From contig CAVROD010000001.1 of NCBI GenBank assembly GCA_963722795.1, positions 642,976 through 706,975 on the forward strand: 64,000 bases of DNA, in the 5' to 3' direction. Every line of letters starts with the position of its first letter. Positions within the stretch are counted from its first letter, which is position 1. This stretch comes from an uncultured Actinomycetes bacterium. GTDB lineage: Bacteria; Actinomycetota; UBA4738; HRBIN12. Below the pieces are notes generated by a model that saw nothing but the letters and a program-made list of their open reading frames with translations, was not told where the DNA came from and did not search any database. Positions 60,137 through 64,000 of this stretch are shown here, in pieces. A program made the position numbers and the translations under genes.

Positions 60137-61027
60137 TCATCGCACGCGCTCGAGGTGCCACAGGTGCATGGCGGCGTAGGCACGCCATGGCCGCCACCGC
60201 TCGGCGTAGGCGCGGATCGCGCCCGGGTCGTGCGCGAGGCCGAGCGACTCGAATCCGTGCCGCACGCCGAGGTCACCGGCCGGGAAGGCGTCGGGGTCGC
60301 GCAGTGCCCGCATCGCGACGTAGGCGGCCGTCCACTCGCCGATACCGGCGATCGCCCGCAGCCGCTCGATCGTCGGCTCGCGATCGGCGGTGCCCGACAG
60401 GTCGAGCTCGCCGTCGGCGACGGCTCGGGCGAGCGCCACGATCGCGGCGGCGCGCGCCCCGGGCATGCCGAAGACCTCGCGCGGCGCCTCCGCCAGCCGC
60501 TCGGCCGTCGGGAAGAGCCGCACGATCGGTCCCTCGGGCGTCCACAGCGGCTGGCCGGCACGCTCGGCGATGCGTCCGAGCGTCGTGCGCGCGCCCGCCA
60601 CCGACACCTGCTGGCCCACGATCGCCCGCACGGCCAGCTCGAACCCGTCGGTCGTGCCGGGCAGCCGCGTGCCGGGGGCTGAACGCACGGCCGAGCAGAG
60701 CACCGGGTCCTCGGCGAGGGCATCGTCGATCGCCTCGGGGTCGGCGTCGAGGTCGAACAGACGCCGCGAGGCCTGCACGACGCTCTCGAGCAGCGGCACG
60801 TCATCGCCCCCACCGCTCACACGCAGCGAGACCACGGGCTCCGTCGGGTCGGGCTCGAGCTCGATCACCATCGGAGATCCGACGGGCGTGCGCATCGCGC
60901 GGGCGTAGCGGCCTTCCCCGACGTGCTCCACGCCGGGGATGGCGCGCGCCGCGAGGAACGACAGCAGCCTGCCCGCGGCGAGCGGGGAACGGAACGGCAG
61001 ACGCAGCTCGAACGCGTGCATGGTCAT
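60137..61027 (-). CDS. alkA: DNA-3-methyladenine glycosylase II (HhH-GPD, AlkA-like)
   Basis: ATG 61027 (MTMHAFEL) lies within ORF 60137..61108. It has an AlkA N-terminal-like domain. The HhH-GPD region is LRAIAGIGEWTAAYVAMRAL with the catalytic Asp in FPAGDLGVR. Confidence 0.8.
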   Translation of the reverse strand: MTMHAFELRLPFRSPLAAGRLLSFLAARAIPGVEHVGEGRYARAMRTPVGSPMVIELEPDPTEPVVSLRVSGGGDDVPLLESVVQASRRLFDLDADPEAIDDALAEDPVLCSAVRSAPGTRLPGTTDGFELAVRAIVGQQVSVAGARTTLGRIAERAGQPLWTPEGPIVRLFPTAERLAEAPREVFGMPGARAAAIVALARAVADGELDLSGTADREPTIERLRAIAGIGEWTAAYVAMRALRDPDAFPAGDLGVRHGFESLGLAHDPGAIRAYAERWRPWRAYAAMHLWHLERVR

Positions 61028-61150
61028 GGGTATAGCGCGTGCGGTCGTCCGTCCGCTGGCAGGTTCCGGACTTCCTGACGCCGAGACGCGCACACCGCAG
61101 AGGTTCACTCCCGGACGTTCACTACCACGATGCGTTACCGTCGAAGGCGA

Positions 61151-61254
61151 ACCGAGGGGGAGTATCCCCAGACGTCGCCGTCAGCTCGGCCTCACGGCCC
61201 GGTGACGTCGGCCGCCGGAGTCCACGCGAACCGGTGGCCGGAGAGACCTTCGGT
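61151..61254 (+). promoter_or_regulatory. candidate yybP-ykoY (Mn2+) riboswitch upstream of TerC
   Basis: The closing helix ACCGAGGG (61151-58) / CCTTCGGT (61247-54) is flanked by the conserved-looking strands GGAGUA (61159-64) and GGAGAGA (61240-46). Two internal hairpins are present (61171-80/61200-09 and 61210-18/61231-39). All three helices contain a G.U pair only in the plus orientation. The downstream gene is TerC-family. Confidence 0.5.
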
Positions 61255-61303
61255 CCCATATGCCCGCGCGCTCGCCGCGCGGCCGGACCAAGGAGTCGCA
61301 CGC

Positions 61304-62347
61304 GTGGAAGTCGGTATCTGGGCCTGGATCGGGTTCGTCGCCCTGATCATGCTCCTGCTCGCGCTGGACCTGTTCGTCTTCCATCGGGAAGCCCACGAGG
61401 TCTCGTTCCGGGAAGCCACGAAGTTCAGCATCTTCTGGATCTCGCTCGGGCTCGCCTTCGGGGTGGTCGTGTACTTCTGGCTCGGCGCGCAGGCCGGCGG
61501 CGAGTACCTCGCGGGCTACCTGATCGAGAAGAGCCTGTCGGTCGACAACATCTTCGTCTTCGCCCTCATCTTCACGTATTTCGGCGTGCCCGCGAAGTAC
61601 CAGCACCGCGTGCTGTTCTGGGGCATCCTCGGGGCGCTCGTGTTCCGGGCGCTCTTCATCGCGGGCGGAGCGGCGCTGCTCGAGCGCTTCCACTTCACGA
61701 TCTATATCTTCGGGGCGTTCCTCGTGCTGACCGGCATCCGCATGGCGATGCACCGCGACGAGGAGATGCACCCCGAGAAGAACCCGGTGCTCGGGCTGTT
61801 CCGCCGGGTGGTGCCGATGACCTCCCAGTACCACGGCCAGAAGTTCACGGTGCTCGAGGCAGGCAAGCGGGTCGCGACGCCGCTCATGGCGGTGCTGGTG
61901 CTGATCGAGACGAGCGACATCCTGTTCGCGGTCGACTCGATCCCTGCGATCTTCGCCATCACCGACGACCCGTTCATCGTGTTCACGTCGAACGCGTTCG
62001 CGATCCTCGGGCTGCGGGCGCTCTACTTCATGCTCGCCGGCATGATCAACCGCTTCATCTACCTGAAGATCGGCCTCGCGGTCGTGCTCGTGTACGTCGG
62101 CGTCAAGATGCTCGTCAGCAGCTGGATCCACATCCCGATCTGGGCGTCGCTCGGGTTCATCGCGCTGGCGATCACGGTGTCGATCGTGGCGTCGCTACGC
62201 TCGACGAAAGATGCGCCGGCTGACGGCGCGCTCCCGGCGTCGCATCCCGACGCCCTGGGCGGGTCCGAGGCGGCCCCCGGCGGGGAGCCTGCCGCCGAGC
62301 CCGTCGAGGTGCCGCGCGCCGGTGACGACGAAGGGACCGACCGATGA
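61304..62347 (+). CDS. TerC-family integral membrane protein
   Basis: GTG 61304 follows AAGGAG; the ORF track starts at 61130. TerC signatures are YLAGYLIEKSLSVDNIFVFALIF and TSDILFAVDSIPAIFAIT. Confidence 0.85.
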   Translation: MEVGIWAWIGFVALIMLLLALDLFVFHREAHEVSFREATKFSIFWISLGLAFGVVVYFWLGAQAGGEYLAGYLIEKSLSVDNIFVFALIFTYFGVPAKYQHRVLFWGILGALVFRALFIAGGAALLERFHFTIYIFGAFLVLTGIRMAMHRDEEMHPEKNPVLGLFRRVVPMTSQYHGQKFTVLEAGKRVATPLMAVLVLIETSDILFAVDSIPAIFAITDDPFIVFTSNAFAILGLRALYFMLAGMINRFIYLKIGLAVVLVYVGVKMLVSSWIHIPIWASLGFIALAITVSIVASLRSTKDAPADGALPASHPDALGGSEAAPGGEPAAEPVEVPRAGDDEGTDR

Positions 62348-63144
62348 AGGTGCTGTTCGCCACCGACGGCGCCGAGCCGTCGGCACGGGCCGGCACGCTG
62401 CTGACGCGCCTCGCCCACCCCGCGAAGACCGACATCGTCGTGCTGTCGGTGAGCGACTTCGACGTCGCCATGCGCGAGGCCGGCAAGCACCACCACTACT
62501 CCGCCGACGACGCCCACGCCGCGGCGCAGCGAGCAGCCGACGAGGCGGCGGAGACCCTCCGCGGCGCCGGGTTCGAGCAGGTCGCTTCCCGGGTGGAGAA
62601 CGGCGACGAGGCGATCGAGATCGTGCACATCGCCGAGACCGAAGGGTTCGGCGTCGTCGTCGTGGGCAGCGGGAAGGAGACGTGGCGCGACACGGTCGTG
62701 CTCGGCAGCGTGAGCGGCTCGATCGTGCACGCCGCCCCGTGCCCGGTGCTCGTCGTGCACCGCCCCCCGTCGGGCGACGGGCCGATCCGGGTGGTCGTGG
62801 GCACCGACGGATCGGACGGCGCGACCCGCTCGATCGAGGCGTTCGCGGGGTTCGCCGACCCCGCCCGGTGCGAGGTCACGGTCGTGGCGGCAACCGACGA
62901 CGGCGAGCAAGCGCAGAGCCATCTCGAGGCGGCCGGCGGCGTGCTGACCGCCGCCGGCTTCCGCGTCGAGACCGCCGTCGTACCGGGCAAGGCGGCCCCC
63001 GTGCTGCTCGAGCAGGTGGAGCAGCGCACGGCGGACCTCGTCGTGATCGGCGCCCGTGGTCTCGGTCGCTTCCGCGCGAAGGTGCTCGGCTCGGTGAGCG
63101 ACCGCGTCGTGCGTCACGCCCCCGCCACGTTCGTCGGTCGCTGA
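62344..63144 (+). CDS. tandem universal stress protein
   Basis: There are two USP repeats (MKVLFATDGAEPS ... VVVVGSGKETWRDTVVLGSVSGSIVHAAPCPVLVV and VVVGTDGSDGA ... LVVIGARGLGRFRAKVLGSVSDRVVRHAPATFVG). The ATG overlaps the TerC stop (ATGA). Confidence 0.85.
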   Translation: MKVLFATDGAEPSARAGTLLTRLAHPAKTDIVVLSVSDFDVAMREAGKHHHYSADDAHAAAQRAADEAAETLRGAGFEQVASRVENGDEAIEIVHIAETEGFGVVVVGSGKETWRDTVVLGSVSGSIVHAAPCPVLVVHRPPSGDGPIRVVVGTDGSDGATRSIEAFAGFADPARCEVTVVAATDDGEQAQSHLEAAGGVLTAAGFRVETAVVPGKAAPVLLEQVEQRTADLVVIGARGLGRFRAKVLGSVSDRVVRHAPATFVGR

Positions 63145-63174
63145 GAGCGCAGATCGCCCGAGGGTTGCCGGCGC

Positions 63175-63200
63175 TATCGGTAAGTAGTAGCTTACCGATA
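63175..63200. promoter_or_regulatory. perfect 10-6-10 inverted repeat, candidate ArsR operator
   Basis: TATCGGTAAG-TAGTAG-CTTACCGATA forms an AT-rich island in GC-rich DNA. It ends on the first ATG of the ArsR gene (63200); an alternative in-frame ATG is at 63215. Confidence 0.55.
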
Positions 63201-63559
63201 TGCCGGTGACCGACATGCCACGATCCGCAGCGACGGCCGATCTCGCGTTCGACGCCCTCGGCGACCCCACACGCCGACGGGTGTTCCGGCTGCTGCAGGG
63301 CGGCGAGCGCTCGGTGGGCGACATCGCGGCCGAGCTGCCCGTGAGCCGCCCGGCCGTCTCCCAACACCTGCGGGTCCTGAAGGAGGCGGCACTCGTGACC
63401 GACCGACCCGACGGCGTGCGCCGCCTCTACTCCGTGCAGCGCACGGGGCTCGAGGCCCTGCGCGCCGAGCTGGAGACCATGTGGGACGACGCGCTGTCCG
63501 CGTTCGCGGCCGCCGCCGACGAGGGGCCCGAGCGCCCCGGCGAAGGGAGCCATCGATGA
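63200..63559 (+). CDS. ArsR/SmtB-family transcriptional regulator
   Basis: FDALGDPTRRRVFRLLQGGERSVGDIAAELPVSRPAVSQHLRVLKEAAL. Confidence 0.85.
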   Translation: MPVTDMPRSAATADLAFDALGDPTRRRVFRLLQGGERSVGDIAAELPVSRPAVSQHLRVLKEAALVTDRPDGVRRLYSVQRTGLEALRAELETMWDDALSAFAAAADEGPERPGEGSHR

Positions 63560-64000
63560 TCGAGCCCATCCACCGCAGCATCACCGTGCGCCGTGCGCCC
63601 GCCGACGCGTTCCGCCTGTTCACGGCCGAGATGGGGTCGTGGTGGCCCCTCGACACCCACGGACGCGCCGACGAGCACGAGGGCGTGAAGACCGAACGCC
63701 TCGTCGTGGAAGAGCGCGAGGGCGGACGCGTCTACGAGGTGCTGTCGAACGGCCTCGAAGCCGACTGGGGCGTCGTGACCGCCTGGGAGCCGCCCACGCG
63801 GGTGGTGTTCGACTGGAACCCGAGCCCCGAGGACCGCCCCTACACCGAGGTCGAGGTCACCTTCGCGGACGCCGGCGACGGTGGCACCCGGGTCGACCTG
63901 TTCCATCGGCATTGGGAACGCCTCGGCGAGGACGCCGGCGCCGCCTACCGCGCGAACTACGGCCCCGGCTGGGCCTACGTGTTCGACGAGCGGTTCGGCG
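63556..64000 (+). CDS. SRPBCC / AHSA1-domain protein (3' end beyond window)
   Basis: ATG 63556 overlaps the ArsR stop (ATGA). The translation MIEPIHRSITVRRAPADAFRLFTAEMGSWWPL ... VVFDWNP ... VEVTFADAGDGGTRVDLFH continues to the window edge, so it is absent from the ORF track. Confidence 0.7.
   Translation, partial: MIEPIHRSITVRRAPADAFRLFTAEMGSWWPLDTHGRADEHEGVKTERLVVEEREGGRVYEVLSNGLEADWGVVTAWEPPTRVVFDWNPSPEDRPYTEVEVTFADAGDGGTRVDLFHRHWERLGEDAGAAYRANYGPGWAYVFDERFG

Noticed and set aside
1-64000. Programmed ribosomal frameshifting or phase variation as the explanation for the broken genes.
   Set aside because: The shifts occur at many unrelated sequence contexts, in both directions, sometimes as out-and-back pairs within 30-100 nt. 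They affect essential single-copy genes. No slippery heptamer plus structure pattern recurs. Sequencing or assembly indels, plus genuine decay for the M36 gene, fit better.

Overview
This is a very GC-rich, actinobacterial-type chromosomal window, judged by eye. It is densely coding on both strands, with about 50 protein genes and one tRNA-Thr(CGT). I saw no rRNA, CRISPR array, transposase, integrase or phage genes.

- **0.5-20.5 kb:** A MacB-type ABC exporter with an orphan sensor kinase, the tRNA, and a USP-UbiB fusion. Then a signalling island with four paralogous multi-TM HisKA_3 (NarL-type) sensor kinases, three of them in a translationally coupled tandem array. The island also holds a kinase relic, a NarL-type response regulator fused C-terminally to a class III nucleotidyl cyclase, a sibling NarL regulator, a stand-alone receiver, and USP, SnoaL-like and cupredoxin-like lipoprotein genes.
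- **20.5-29.3 kb:** A heavily frameshifted M36 (fungalysin-like) peptidase gene bracketed by a duplicated piece of the holB 3' end. It is followed by holB, an MFS-tmk fusion and topA, in an order like mycobacterial Rv3644c-Rv3646c. All are frame-broken in this assembly.
- **29.5-45.3 kb:** DedA, GNAT and a putative K+ homeostasis locus. The locus has three paralogous APC-superfamily permeases with an internally duplicated cytoplasmic tail and two TrkA/RCK genes. It also has an N-terminally short KdpD-like kinase with a KdpE-like regulator (no kdpFABC), a kinase-less DUF4118-GAF sensor, an OB-fold protein and an H+-pyrophosphatase.
- **45.3-64 kb:** NUDIX, NhaA, LCP, a CaCA exchanger, an MrfA/Rv3649-like DUF1998 helicase, a Tat-secreted phosphoesterase, an alkaline-phosphatase-family enzyme, a LOG-like protein and a Wzx/MurJ-like flippase. 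Further right are two ArsR-SRPBCC pairs, AlkA, a candidate yybP-ykoY (Mn2+) riboswitch ahead of TerC, and a tandem USP.

Roughly thirty single-nucleotide reading-frame disruptions occur in patches, including in essential genes. The two most interesting candidate systems are the regulator-cyclase/triple-kinase operon and the APC-permease/TrkA/KdpDE-like locus. All functional calls come from motif recognition by eye; no database search or folding program was run.
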